Shown here: positions 10,274 through 19,100 of the stretch, piece by piece
How the letters are laid out: every line of letters starts with the position of its first letter
Position numbering within the stretch: position 1 is the first letter of the stretch
Virus record (IMG/VR): IMGVR_UViG_3300046665_000306
Span: 1-64,000 of that record
Direction: 5' to 3' (one strand)
Length of the DNA: 64,000 nucleotides
DNA from: an uncultured virus (IMG/VR IMGVR_UViG_3300046665_000306)
Taxonomy: Duplodnaviria > Heunggongvirae > Uroviricota > Caudoviricetes
Notes under the pieces: model-generated
What the model was told of the DNA's origin: nothing
Databases searched by the model: none
Seen by the model: only the letters and a program-made list of their open reading frames with translations
Translations under genes and position numbers: made by a program

Positions 10274-11001
10274 GAAATATCGAGTTTTGCCATTTCTTCA
10301 CAAATATCATCGCCGGGGATGAGCATTGAGATTCCGGTATATGAAGACATTTTTCTTGGCTCTACGCCTTTGCTAGGGTCATCTGGATCATTGGGGGCTA
10401 GCGCAATACCGGCTGGTCCGGTAAGGATCGCGTCATTGAGGCCAATCACTTCGCCTTTGACATTAAAGGTAGGTCCGCCGCTCATGCCGGGGGCTACGAC
10501 TAGATCAGTAGGGATAATGTTAAATTCGGTAACACTATTTGAAACTTTGTGTCCCGCAACCTTGCCAAACGTTGTGATAAACTCTAGGAAGGTTGGGTTG
10601 CCCATCGAGATAATGTCATCACCCAATTTAGGACTGGTGCAGCTGAGTTTTGATTTCTTTAACGCTTTACCAGCTTTGATTGGCTCAAGGAACGCTATGT
10701 CCTTTTCGGGGATTAATTTAACGATTTTTAGGTCAAAAATCGTTCCGTCAGGCATTTTTGCGATGAATTTAGCTATTTTTGAGCCTTTTTCGCCCGCAAA
10801 AACGTGATTTACCGACAAAATCAGGCCATTTTCGATATAAACGCCACTCCCATGGCCCATTTCTTCGTTTTTATCGTCAATTGCTTCAATTTTAACCACT
10901 GAAGCCATCATTTTGTCGTAATCCGGAGCTTTATTATCAAAATACGCAAAACTCGAAAGTCCTGCAACTGCGACCGCAGCAATAAATGCAATTTTAATCA
11001 T
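10270..11001 (-). CDS. trypsin-like serine protease (S1C-like, no PDZ) with N-terminal signal/TM
   Basis: GHGSGV, SVNHV, KDIA, PGMSGGP catalytic triad motifs. Confidence 0.9.
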   Translation of the reverse strand: MIKIAFIAAVAVAGLSSFAYFDNKAPDYDKMMASVVKIEAIDDKNEEMGHGSGVYIENGLILSVNHVFAGEKGSKIAKFIAKMPDGTIFDLKIVKLIPEKDIAFLEPIKAGKALKKSKLSCTSPKLGDDIISMGNPTFLEFITTFGKVAGHKVSNSVTEFNIIPTDLVVAPGMSGGPTFNVKGEVIGLNDAILTGPAGIALAPNDPDDPSKGVEPRKMSSYTGISMLIPGDDICEEMAKLDIS

Positions 11002-11297
11002 TAGTCTGTTCCCATTTATTTCGTTTATCATCTCATATAATTAACGAAATGTCAAGATTTAAATTAATGGTCCAAAAATTAAAATGGTAAGTTACTGAAA
11101 TTTTTGAGCACTAACTTGCGGTGAAAAATTTTTTTGAGGGTAAGGGTCTGGAACATGGGGGGGGGTGTGTTGGCGTACAAGTTGGGTTGTGTATTTTTTA
11201 CAGTAGTAAGGCCGGAAATCGAGGGGGAGGGGTATACCGGCCTTGGGTCCCTCTCGATTTTAAATCAATAATAGATTAGAGTCAACAACAATCGACA

Positions 11298-11492
11298 CTA
11301 GTCATCGCATCTCGTCTCGACTAGCTCAAGTTTAAATTGTTTTAATGATTTATTTAATTCTGAATCTATTTTATTTATTTCATCTTCTTTCATTCTGCAT
11401 TCTTCATACGTGTATTGACCATACACGTGCAACGAATCAATATCCGTTGCAGTGTTATGCACTAGCACAAAGAGAGTCAGCAACTTAATCAT
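11298..11492 (-). CDS. hypothetical protein with hydrophobic N-terminus
   Basis: 64 aa, SD-like AAGGG. Confidence 0.55.
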   Translation of the reverse strand: MIKLLTLFVLVHNTATDIDSLHVYGQYTYEECRMKEDEINKIDSELNKSLKQFKLELVETRCDD

Positions 11493-11805
11493 ATCGTTTC
11501 CCCTTCTATCCCTAGCCTGCTAGGCGCATGGCCTATGCATGCACCATGTATTAGAACATATTAATGATTGCAGTATATGCGGCATGCGCTGCGAGCTTGA
11601 ACAATTCGCGTATGATGTAAGGCGCGACATGATCGGTAGTCATCATGTATGCCAGCCCACAAGCCATAGCAGTGGCAAAGCAGTTGCTGATATCGGAGAA
11701 GAAATAACCAATCTGTTTACGCATGCGCCTTACTCCTTATGTGTTGTGTATGAATAGACTATATCGAACAATGTAAGACAATGCAATCATTATCTTACAT
11801 CTATT

Positions 11806-11876
11806 CAATCTATTATATATTCATATATGATACATAGTGCATACACTATATGCACATATGAATATATAATAGATTG
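11806..11876. repeat. 21-bp perfect inverted repeat
   Basis: CAATCTATTATATATTCATAT ... ATATGAATATATAATAGATTG. Confidence 0.9.
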
Positions 11877-11966
11877 TGCATGTATGCACTGCCATGCATG
11901 GCCATGCTACTAGGTAGGCTGCTACGCCATGGCCCATATAGAGGCATGGCGTAGCAGGAAGGCGTT

Positions 11967-12212
11967 CTAGTAAGTCGTTATTCCATCCTTTGGAGATGCG
12001 TCTATGTGGGCTTGTAGGGCGGCAATAGCGCCTTGATAATCCCTTGCCTTGAATTTCTTGCCAGTGATTTCACTAGCCTTTGCCATCATGGCCTTTGGCG
12101 TCCACATACGATTCGGCTTCATTCCGGTCTTAGCGTAAAGGCTCAAACCGTGTTTCAGCGAAACCGCAACAAAAAGATTCACGCCCGTTCCAGTAGCAAC
12201 GATTCCAGTCAT
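11967..12212 (-). CDS. hypothetical early protein
   Basis: SD AAAGGAG before ATG 12212. Confidence 0.75.
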   Translation of the reverse strand: MTGIVATGTGVNLFVAVSLKHGLSLYAKTGMKPNRMWTPKAMMAKASEITGKKFKARDYQGAIAALQAHIDASPKDGITTY

Positions 12213-12238
12213 GTCATTTTCTCCTTTGGTTTGACATG

Positions 12239-12290
12239 TAAGCATTTCGAAATAAAGCGCCATTCGCGGCGCTCCTAATCGAAAGGCTTA
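12239..12290 (-). other. intergenic RNA hairpin, RNase III-like site
   Basis: TAAGCC-TTT..AAA-TGCTTA lower stem plus GC upper stem; 4 copies in region. Confidence 0.55.
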
Positions 12291-12569
12291 ATCTATATCG
12301 GCAAACAGATTTTCCAAAGGCGGCAAGCCATTCTGTTTGCGGAAAACGTTGCGCATTTGAAGGCCGGTATCCAAGCAATGGGCGCAACGGTCTTTTGCAT
12401 CAACCTTTGCGAATTCAAGACGCCCGACAATCTCAGAAGCCATGAAACGGTATGTGTCGCGACCATTGTTTTTGATCTTACCATTTGAACCGATTTGGCT
12501 TGCACAAACAGCGCGTGGGCGAGTCGTTTCGTCAACAAGCTTGTTTGCGCGGAGGTGAATTTTAGCCAT
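12288..12569 (-). CDS. hypothetical early protein (CxxC)
   Basis: leader GGAATACGGAAATG shared with other early genes. Confidence 0.75.
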   Translation of the reverse strand: MAKIHLRANKLVDETTRPRAVCASQIGSNGKIKNNGRDTYRFMASEIVGRLEFAKVDAKDRCAHCLDTGLQMRNVFRKQNGLPPLENLFADID

Positions 12570-12853
12570 TTCCGTATTCCTCTTGTTTCGATATCTACAC
12601 AATAACATTTCCTTACATCTTGGCAAGCGGAATTTTTAAAAATCTCAAAAATAATCGAGCGTCCTGCAAAGCCTTTTAGAGCTTCACAGAACGCGATTCA
12701 GTGATTTGGCTAGGGCAATACCATCTAAGCCCTAAAAGCCGTTCCTTGGGCTTGCCTATGGCCTAGTGATGCAGTCCGATTAGGACATAGAGCAGTAGGC
12801 AAGAGCCGCAAAATCCATAGAATTGAAACAATCGATAGTGCTCCTTTCTGCGA

Positions 12854-13450
12854 TCAAATCGCCTGAATAACTTTATAGCCAATGGCCTTAAGGTAGTTCA
12901 AACCAGATTCGCGGAAACATGAGCTATAGCCCGTTTCGCAATCGTCCGACATTTCCCATTCCCGTTGCAGCTTGAAAGCCGTTTCTTTGACTTCATTCCA
13001 CCTTGCGTTTTTCGTGTCAGCGTCGGAGTCGGCAATGCCTAGCGCGGCATAGGCCTTTTCATACCAATCATTAGCGTAAACCATTCTACCGGTCGCCTTG
13101 CTGATACTGGTATAGTTGGCAAGACTGTAACCCTTTTTGGGCGTGTAGTCACGCGGGAAGGTCTTACGACCTTTTGGCGGTTTTGGCGCTCCTACACTCT
13201 CAGCGTGATTCGTCATTTCATGACCGTCAATCGTCATTCCAGAAAGAGCCGCAGTGAATTTGTCGTAGCCATAGCCACCCGCCGTGGCATGCTGAAACTC
13301 GCCATGGAAATCATGCACGTTAACAAGGCATGTTCCGCCGTCGCTGAAATGCGCCTTAACCGTGGCGACATGCTCGCCTTTCTTGTTCAAGACGACATAG
13401 GCGGAAATGCTCTTTCCAGCCTTGGTATCGTGTACATATTTGGTCGCCAT
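12854..13450 (-). CDS. phage early protein (AGGYGYDK motif)
   Basis: SD AAAGGAG; 198 aa. Confidence 0.8.
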   Translation of the reverse strand: MATKYVHDTKAGKSISAYVVLNKKGEHVATVKAHFSDGGTCLVNVHDFHGEFQHATAGGYGYDKFTAALSGMTIDGHEMTNHAESVGAPKPPKGRKTFPRDYTPKKGYSLANYTSISKATGRMVYANDWYEKAYAALGIADSDADTKNARWNEVKETAFKLQREWEMSDDCETGYSSCFRESGLNYLKAIGYKVIQAI

Positions 13451-13467
13451 GCTCAAAACTCCTTTGT

Positions 13468-13516
13468 TAAGCATTTATTAAACGCCTTGCTGGCAAGGCG
13501 TTGATATAAAGGCTTA
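13468..13516 (-). other. intergenic RNA hairpin, RNase III-like site
   Basis: same lower stem as 12239-12290. Confidence 0.55.
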
Positions 13517-13735
13517 GCAAGCCGTCATATAATCAAAGCTGCAATCCATGTTGAAAACATGCTGAATCAGCCTATCAGGATTGCGCTTTGTGGCGCTAAG
13601 GAACGTGACAATGATTTTCATCTCGTCTTTGTAGATTACTGACGAATATTCGCGAGTGTCTACTTCCAAGCGATTTTCTTGTACAAAACGCTTGAGGGCG
13701 TGGCGAGCGGCGGCGCGTGTTTCGGTGCGAGTCAT
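13514..13735 (-). CDS. hypothetical early protein
   Basis: follows palindromic promoter and shared leader. Confidence 0.75.
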   Translation of the reverse strand: MTRTETRAAARHALKRFVQENRLEVDTREYSSVIYKDEMKIIVTFLSATKRNPDRLIQHVFNMDCSFDYMTAC

Positions 13736-13751
13736 TTCCGTATTCCCTTTG

Positions 13752-13794
13752 TTGACCATGTAAGGAATTTAGAACCTTTTCCTTACATGGTCAA
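13752..13794 (-). promoter_or_regulatory. 43-bp palindromic sigma70 promoter
   Basis: TTGACCATGTAAGGAA-11-TTCCTTACATGGTCAA; TTGACC-17-TAAATT. Confidence 0.85.
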
Positions 13795-13809
13795 GCGGTT
13801 TTTTAAAGA

Positions 13810-14565
13810 TTACAACGCCTTTGGGCGATTAACGACCGTAGTCTTGACGCCTTTATAATCGTTATGCTGCTTAACCGTCGCCTTGAAAGCGATTGTTTCG
13901 CCAACTTTGCCCATTTCGTTATTGAAGAAAGAAACGATATCGTTTCCGATTCTAACCTTAGTGATAGTGTAACCAGCTTGATAGTCCGTTTCTTCCTTCT
14001 TGATGAAAGCGAAAATTTCGCCTTTGAATTCGCGGCGCTCGCCAATCGTGCCGATGAAAGAAGAAAGGGAGTCAACCGCGAAGCGTTCGGCGCGGATTGC
14101 CTCACGCTTGGCAATCAAACCCTTTTCCAGTGCAACGCCTTGACAAGCCGCAATCAAAGCATTCGAAACCATGTTTGATTCGCTAAGGGCTTGATCGGCA
14201 AAATACAGGACATAGGAGTCGGGCGCGTCAACAATCTTAACGCCTTTGTGCTTACCAAAAGGAAACACACCATTTTCAATTTCTTCAATGTTGCGAGTGT
14301 CATAGATGGAAAGCTTGCCGCGTCTCTTGTCAGCTTCAAACTCAGGCATATCATTGAAAAGGATTTCAAGCGTTGCATCGTGGGAAACGCGGCTTTTAAG
14401 GCGTTCAACATAATCCGTTGCCTTCTCTACTGCCTTTTCTTCCGTAGCAGCAAGATTGCAGATGTAGTTATCAATGAAAAACTTGCCTACTACATTAACG
14501 CGAAGAGTGTACATTGCGTTTTTAGCGCCGGTCGAAATGTAGTAAATGCGAGTCTGCTTTTCCAT
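13810..14565 (-). CDS. protein with DUF3820-like (FPFGKHKG) domain and C-terminal OB-fold-like domain
   Basis: FPFGKHKG...PDSYVLYF; FIGTIGER...FKATVKQH.DYKG. Confidence 0.65.
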   Translation of the reverse strand: MEKQTRIYYISTGAKNAMYTLRVNVVGKFFIDNYICNLAATEEKAVEKATDYVERLKSRVSHDATLEILFNDMPEFEADKRRGKLSIYDTRNIEEIENGVFPFGKHKGVKIVDAPDSYVLYFADQALSESNMVSNALIAACQGVALEKGLIAKREAIRAERFAVDSLSSFIGTIGERREFKGEIFAFIKKEETDYQAGYTITKVRIGNDIVSFFNNEMGKVGETIAFKATVKQHNDYKGVKTTVVNRPKAL

Positions 14566-14587
14566 TTCCGTATTCCCTTTAATGCAG

Positions 14588-14630
14588 TTGACCATGTAAG
14601 GAAGATACGACTCTTTCCTTACATGGTCAA
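14588..14630 (-). promoter_or_regulatory. 43-bp palindromic sigma70 promoter
   Basis: perfect 16-bp arms; TTGACC-17-TATCTT. Confidence 0.85.
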
Positions 14631-14649
14631 TAGGCAAATCCGAGAATTT

Positions 14650-14775
14650 TTAATAAAAACGCTTTTCGACTCCATCCCTCTTATCAGCCGCGACAAAGGC
14701 GAAAACGTTGCGTCTTGCCTGCTTATCACGGCGCGCGTTCTGGATTGCCTTCTTGTTCATTTTGTTCTGCGACAT
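14650..14775 (-). CDS. small basic hypothetical protein (41 aa)
   Basis: SD AAGGAG; MSQNKMNKKAIQNARRDK. Confidence 0.6.
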   Translation of the reverse strand: MSQNKMNKKAIQNARRDKQARRNVFAFVAADKRDGVEKRFY

Positions 14776-14837
14776 GCTCTTAATCTCCTTTGTTGTAGAG
14801 CTATACCGTTCCACCATTGGAGCGGTATTGTTGCGGT

Positions 14838-15158
14838 TTAATCGTTTTGTTGTTCCAGATATTCCCGCCGCGTTGCCACGGAAACATGAATTGCGGAATG
14901 TTTGTTATCCCTTGTGCCATAGGGCAAAACATCGGGATAATAAGAAGGTTTGGCCTTCTTTGCTTCGCGCCACATATGAGCGGCAAGCGCAGCAACGCCT
15001 TTCTTGTTTGCGCCAATGAAGCCTGCATCGCGAATGTCGCGCGCTTCCCATTCAATCGCGTTTTTCAATTCGCGCCTTGTGTCACATTTGATCACATAGG
15101 CGCTATCTGGCATGTAACAGCCACGCAAGCCTTGCATGATATTGAAGTATTTCGCCAT
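14838..15158 (-). CDS. hypothetical early protein
   Basis: leader AGGAGCTAGGGCAATG. Confidence 0.75.
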   Translation of the reverse strand: MAKYFNIMQGLRGCYMPDSAYVIKCDTRRELKNAIEWEARDIRDAGFIGANKKGVAALAAHMWREAKKAKPSYYPDVLPYGTRDNKHSAIHVSVATRREYLEQQND

Positions 15159-15170
15159 TGCCCTAGCTCC

Positions 15171-15392
15171 TTAAGCCTTTTGGAACAATTTAATTTCCGC
15201 TGCATAGTAGAAAATGTCGTCGTTTTCGTAGTTCTCAGAAACGACTGCATATTGAGTGATTCCATCCTTAACGAATTCGTTGTCAAGAATGCCCACAAAA
15301 CCTTCATTCATAGGCCAACCGTTTTCAACGCCTTTTACGATCATGACGAAATCGCCAATTTCGATTTTGTCGTTTTTAATCTTGCGGGCCAT
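15171..15392 (-). CDS. hypothetical protein, SH3/KOW-like
   Basis: IEIGDFVMIVKG; shared leader. Confidence 0.7.
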   Translation of the reverse strand: MARKIKNDKIEIGDFVMIVKGVENGWPMNEGFVGILDNEFVKDGITQYAVVSENYENDDIFYYAAEIKLFQKA

Positions 15393-15407
15393 TTCCGTGT
15401 TTCCTTG

Positions 15408-15450
15408 TTGACTATGTAAGGATATTAAAATCATTTCCTTACATAGTCAA
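15408..15450 (-). promoter_or_regulatory. 43-bp palindromic sigma70 promoter (compensated variant)
   Basis: TTGACTATGTAAGGA...TCCTTACATAGTCAA; TTGACT-17-TAATAT. Confidence 0.85.
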
Positions 15451-15454
15451 TAGC

Positions 15455-15688
15455 TTATTTCCAATTTTTTGCAGTTTCGCCATATGCCTTTTCGCCATAG
15501 GCAACGGCTTCATAACGACGCTTGAAAAGCTTTGCGCTGCATTCACCTTCTGCATAGCAGTAGGAATCAGAGTTTGGAGTCATCCAAGCCAAACGCCAAA
15601 GGTCTGTCATAGTGTCGCGCTTTACGTAAAGCTCCGCCGACATATCAGGCTGCAAACCGCGATTCTCAGTCATTTTGTAAGGACGCAT
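15455..15688 (-). CDS. hypothetical early protein
   Basis: shared leader GGGAATACGGAAATG. Confidence 0.75.
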   Translation of the reverse strand: MRPYKMTENRGLQPDMSAELYVKRDTMTDLWRLAWMTPNSDSYCYAEGECSAKLFKRRYEAVAYGEKAYGETAKNWK

Positions 15689-15704
15689 TTCCGTATTCCC
15701 TTTG

Positions 15705-15747
15705 TTGACCATGTAATAAACCTAAATGATTTTCCTTACATGGTCAA
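15705..15747 (-). promoter_or_regulatory. 43-bp palindromic sigma70 promoter
   Basis: TTGACC-17-TAGGTT; 12-bp perfect outer arms. Confidence 0.8.
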
Positions 15748-15750
15748 GTG

Positions 15751-15990
15751 CTATTCCAAATAAAAGTTGAAGCTTTGCCAGCAAACCCCGCTCGCCTGTT
15801 TTGTGTGCCGCGTTTCGGCATAGAAATCAGCGCAACCATTAGGAATGTAACCATCACTTTTGGCAATGGTCAAATCGTTCCATTTTGCCCATTTGTGGCA
15901 ATGATATGCAGGATCAATCGACTCGTTTGGCGCAAGGCGGCGCAATAGCAATTCCTCGCCTGTACTGTTTTCAACGATAGAGATAAACAT
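15751..15990 (-). CDS. hypothetical early protein
   Basis: leader AGGAGCTAGGGCAATG. Confidence 0.7.
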   Translation of the reverse strand: MFISIVENSTGEELLLRRLAPNESIDPAYHCHKWAKWNDLTIAKSDGYIPNGCADFYAETRHTKQASGVCWQSFNFYLE

Positions 15991-16001
15991 TGCCCTAGCT
16001 C

Positions 16002-16391
16002 CTAACCAATGAAATAAGGCTTAGGTTCTTTTGTCGTTAGCCAATAATGGCCACGATTTGAGACCTTACCATTGTCTGCATATTCTGACGGTTCAATCCC
16101 GTTGTTACCATAATAATCAGCGCGATTACTATGAGTCGAGTAGAATTTGCCTTCATAGAAACCGCCAAACATGAGCGAGTCGCGATAAAGAGCGTCAATC
16201 AACGCCTTTTCGTAACCATCAAAATAAGCAATAACCCAATGCGGGCATTTCGCCAATGTTGACCGGCGAATCTTCGCCTTGTCTTCATTCATCTGAGATG
16301 AAAGAGGGCCATAAAACTTTGCGGTTTCATACAATGAACGCAAGGATTGAATAGCAGTATTGCGACGATTCAACGCGGTTTCGATTCTCAT
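16002..16391 (-). CDS. hypothetical early protein
   Basis: leader AGGAGCTAAGGCAATG. Confidence 0.75.
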   Translation of the reverse strand: MRIETALNRRNTAIQSLRSLYETAKFYGPLSSQMNEDKAKIRRSTLAKCPHWVIAYFDGYEKALIDALYRDSLMFGGFYEGKFYSTHSNRADYYGNNGIEPSEYADNGKVSNRGHYWLTTKEPKPYFIG

Positions 16392-16395
16392 TGCC

Positions 16396-16617
16396 TTAGC
16401 TCCTTTGCGCCACGGCGCGGGATTGATTCATCATAGTGAAGAGGATGGAACGCGACAAGGTGAAACGTTCCTGATTCTTAGCCTTGTTAAGAAGGCCTAG
16501 CGCCTTGCGTAGCGCGGTTTCGCGAGTCATGTGGCATGCACTACCGTCGCGCGCCGCAAGCCATTTGAGACGGCTTATAATGTCGCGAATCTCGGCATGA
16601 ATTTGATTGTCTGTCAT
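16396..16617 (-). CDS. hypothetical early protein
   Basis: SD AGGAG. Confidence 0.7.
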   Translation of the reverse strand: MTDNQIHAEIRDIISRLKWLAARDGSACHMTRETALRKALGLLNKAKNQERFTLSRSILFTMMNQSRAVAQRS

Positions 16618-16629
16618 GGCACTATCTCC

Positions 16630-16678
16630 TAAGCGTTTAAGAATGGCGCTCCATTAGAGCGCCAAATTTAAAGGCTTA
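16630..16678 (-). other. intergenic RNA hairpin, RNase III-like site
   Basis: TAAGCCTTTAAA..TTAAACGCTTA with TGGCGCTC/GAGCGCCA upper stem. Confidence 0.55.
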
Positions 16679-16885
16679 CCAACTATCGGCATATAGCGGC
16701 ATAGGACCGCGCGCCGTTTGCCTGTAACCAATTACGCCCGCAAACTTTTCAGCCGCTTCATAGCTTTGCGATTCAAAGCATGGTTCAACTTCTTTGCCGC
16801 GATATAGAAGGGTCGTATTCCCTTCAAAGTAAACCGCATATTCGCAAACCCTGCCAATGCGCCCTGCAAACTTTCCTCTTTCCAT
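16676..16885 (-). CDS. hypothetical early protein
   Basis: shared leader after palindromic promoter. Confidence 0.7.
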   Translation of the reverse strand: MERGKFAGRIGRVCEYAVYFEGNTTLLYRGKEVEPCFESQSYEAAEKFAGVIGYRQTARGPMPLYADSW

Positions 16886-16900
16886 TTCCGTATTCCCTTG

Positions 16901-16943
16901 TTGACCATGTAAGGAACTTAAACGCTTTTCCTTACAACGTCAA
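16901..16943 (-). promoter_or_regulatory. 43-bp palindromic sigma70 promoter
   Basis: TTGACG-17-TAAGTT; 2 mismatches in arms. Confidence 0.8.
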
Positions 16944-16951
16944 TAGGCTTT

Positions 16952-17236
16952 TTAAAATTTATGTATCGCCAAGCGATGATCATATGTCGCCTTGATATCG
17001 GCTTGTATCGCTGCGATTGTTTCAGCGCTCAAACCGTCTTGCACCATGAACGGGCCAACTATCGTTTCGCCGCTAAGGTTCTGAATCGTAACAATGACTC
17101 CGCTTGCCATGTATTTATCTTTGTTAACTTTTTTCATGGCATGATAAGCCATGAAAAGAGTCATAACGTCCATTGCTTTATATTGCAGCAAGTCTTTGGC
17201 GAGTTGCGCAACGCGGGAAAGTTTCTTAGTCGTCAT
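16952..17236 (-). CDS. hypothetical early protein
   Basis: SD AAAGGAG. Confidence 0.75.
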   Translation of the reverse strand: MTTKKLSRVAQLAKDLLQYKAMDVMTLFMAYHAMKKVNKDKYMASGVIVTIQNLSGETIVGPFMVQDGLSAETIAAIQADIKATYDHRLAIHKF

Positions 17237-17240
17237 AGCT

Positions 17241-17429
17241 TTAAGCTCCTTTGCGCCGCTTGGCGACTTTCACCAAATCTTGAGTAGTTCGATAGACTTC
17301 TAGCTCGCTACCAGAAACGCGTTGCAATACCTTCATTGCAGCGATTGCATCACTCCTATCACGATAGCGATACGAAACGCGTTCCTTTGTCTCAGCGGCG
17401 CGCACTGCATAGACTGTTGTTTTGGCCAT
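17241..17429 (-). CDS. hypothetical early protein
   Basis: coupled to upstream gene. Confidence 0.65.
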   Translation of the reverse strand: MAKTTVYAVRAAETKERVSYRYRDRSDAIAAMKVLQRVSGSELEVYRTTQDLVKVAKRRKGA

Positions 17430-17671
17430 TAGCTCAAATCCTCTTTTGCGTAACGGACTCTGCCATCATAATCGACAAATAAGCCGGTTTCATGCTGATA
17501 ACCGTCTCTAACCCATTTGTGCGCCGTGGTACGATGAATGGCCTTGTAGAGCCAATAACCGTTACCATATTCATCCTCGCTAGCGGGAATTTCCCTGTTA
17601 GCCGCGTTGAAAGCCTTTTCAGACTTGAATTCAACTAGCATTTCGCGACGGCGATCAAAGGCGTAAATCAT
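17429..17671 (-). CDS. hypothetical early protein
   Basis: leader AGGAGCTAAGCCAATG. Confidence 0.75.
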   Translation of the reverse strand: MIYAFDRRREMLVEFKSEKAFNAANREIPASEDEYGNGYWLYKAIHRTTAHKWVRDGYQHETGLFVDYDGRVRYAKEDLS

Positions 17672-17685
17672 TGGCTTAGCTCCTA

Positions 17686-17733
17686 AAGCGTTAAAGAATC
17701 CTGCCCTTGATCGGGCAGGAAATTTTAAGGCTT
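17686..17733 (-). other. intergenic RNA hairpin, RNase III-like site
   Basis: AAGCCTTAAA..TTTAACGCTT with TCCTGCCC/GGGCAGGA upper stem. Confidence 0.55.
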
Positions 17734-17893
17734 ATTGATTGGCGGCGCAAAGCTTGCGAGCGATATTGATTTCAAACCTTTCGCTAACGCTTGTCATGCA
17801 TTCCGCCATAGGATGTTTATGAAGATATGCAACAAGCTTGCGCGCATTGGCAAGGCTGGAATCTGTCATAAACTTATCAAGTAGCTTTTGCAT
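17732..17893 (-). CDS. hypothetical early protein
   Basis: ARKLVAYLHKHPMAECM; follows palindromic promoter. Confidence 0.7.
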   Translation of the reverse strand: MQKLLDKFMTDSSLANARKLVAYLHKHPMAECMTSVSERFEINIARKLCAANQ

Positions 17894-17909
17894 TTGCTTA
17901 ATCCCTTTG

Positions 17910-17952
17910 TTGACCATGTAAGGAAGTTAAACGATTTTCCTTACATGGTCAA
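17910..17952 (-). promoter_or_regulatory. 43-bp palindromic sigma70 promoter
   Basis: perfect 16-bp arms; TTGACC-17-TAACTT. Confidence 0.85.
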
Positions 17953-17959
17953 GAGGTTT

Positions 17960-18502
17960 TTAAAACTTTATTTCGACATGCACGAAAGGCGCGTCACCAT
18001 ATGTTACATGGTCGCCAAACCAAACTTGCGCTTCTTTGTAGCGGCAAAGATTTGCGAGCTTGTCGCCAAGCGAAACAAGTTTGTTGCGTTCTGCTAGAGC
18101 TTCATCCCATGCCGGAGTCGCATGTCCCGCCGCAACCATGATATTTGTAAGGCGTTCATATTCTTCCTTCTCAGCGCCTTGCAAATCTAGTTCCGTTCTA
18201 TCCCAAAAGCCCACGCCGTGACCTTGTGAAGTGTACCACAAGTCATTTCCGAGTCGTTCGGAGTCGTATCCTTCACGGTCGCAAGCCTCATCAATAAGCG
18301 TTCCCGCCGCTTTTTCGAACGCTTCGCAGAATTCAATGATTTGCAGGAGTGAATCAGGATGCAGGTCAGCAAAGCCGCAATCGCTAGGGATTTCCTCGCT
18401 ATCGCCATCCGTGAAAAACATAGCTTCGATAAAGCCTTGCACAATGTAAGGCAAATCTTTGAAAGCCTTTTCATGCTTGCCGGTCATTTCGAATTTTGGC
18501 AT
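17960..18502 (-). CDS. phage early protein (GNDLWYTSQGHGVGFWDR motif)
   Basis: 180 aa; leader AGGAGCTAAGACAATG. Confidence 0.8.
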   Translation of the reverse strand: MPKFEMTGKHEKAFKDLPYIVQGFIEAMFFTDGDSEEIPSDCGFADLHPDSLLQIIEFCEAFEKAAGTLIDEACDREGYDSERLGNDLWYTSQGHGVGFWDRTELDLQGAEKEEYERLTNIMVAAGHATPAWDEALAERNKLVSLGDKLANLCRYKEAQVWFGDHVTYGDAPFVHVEIKF

Positions 18503-18514
18503 TGTCTTAGCTCC

Positions 18515-18688
18515 TCAAATCCCTAATGTTGCTTTGATTGCCTCTAACCTATAGCAAACGCAAAACAGGCTGGCAAGCGAAAAAATCAAAGTTATAAAAA
18601 TTAAACAATAAGCCGTCATTATCTCAGAGTTGCGCTTCGCAATGAATTCATAGGCGTCAAGATTGATTTCTTTGATTTCTCTTTTCAT
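18515..18688 (-). CDS. small membrane protein
   Basis: one hydrophobic segment; leader AGGAGCTAAGACCATG. Confidence 0.65.
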   Translation of the reverse strand: MKREIKEINLDAYEFIAKRNSEIMTAYCLIFITLIFSLASLFCVCYRLEAIKATLGI

Positions 18689-18753
18689 GGTCTTAGCTCC
18701 TAGCGGCTTGATTGCCGATAGGAGCAAGATAGCAGGAAGGTATGAAGGAAAGG

Positions 18754-19095
18754 TTAAGCCAACGTGAAAATGACATAGCCTTTATTTTTGAGCAATTCTA
18801 GCTCATCCTCAAACATATAGTTATCAAAAAACCAAAAATCACCTTGAACTGTCTGCGTTCCATCATCTTCGGTATCTATGCACTCAGCGATGCAAGGCGC
18901 GCTTGTAAGCCCTACAAACGGATTCCCGTCGCTGGCATCAAACGCTGTATAACTGCCATTTGAAGAGAAGGATTCAAGCAAATCAGCCCAAATAATCCAA
19001 CGAGAACGTTGCGACCATTCTTTAATGGCTTGTCTGTCTTCATTATTGGCAGTCACTTTAAGATTGCCATTTGCGAGTTTGACGACATTAACCAT
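18754..19095 (-). CDS. hypothetical early protein
   Basis: SD AAGGAG. Confidence 0.75.
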   Translation of the reverse strand: MVNVVKLANGNLKVTANNEDRQAIKEWSQRSRWIIWADLLESFSSNGSYTAFDASDGNPFVGLTSAPCIAECIDTEDDGTQTVQGDFWFFDNYMFEDELELLKNKGYVIFTLA

Positions 19096-19100
19096 GGTCT

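Noticed and set aside
12630..12850. Non-coding gap as ncRNA
   Set aside because: Only short scattered stems; no convincing fold or promoter by eye.
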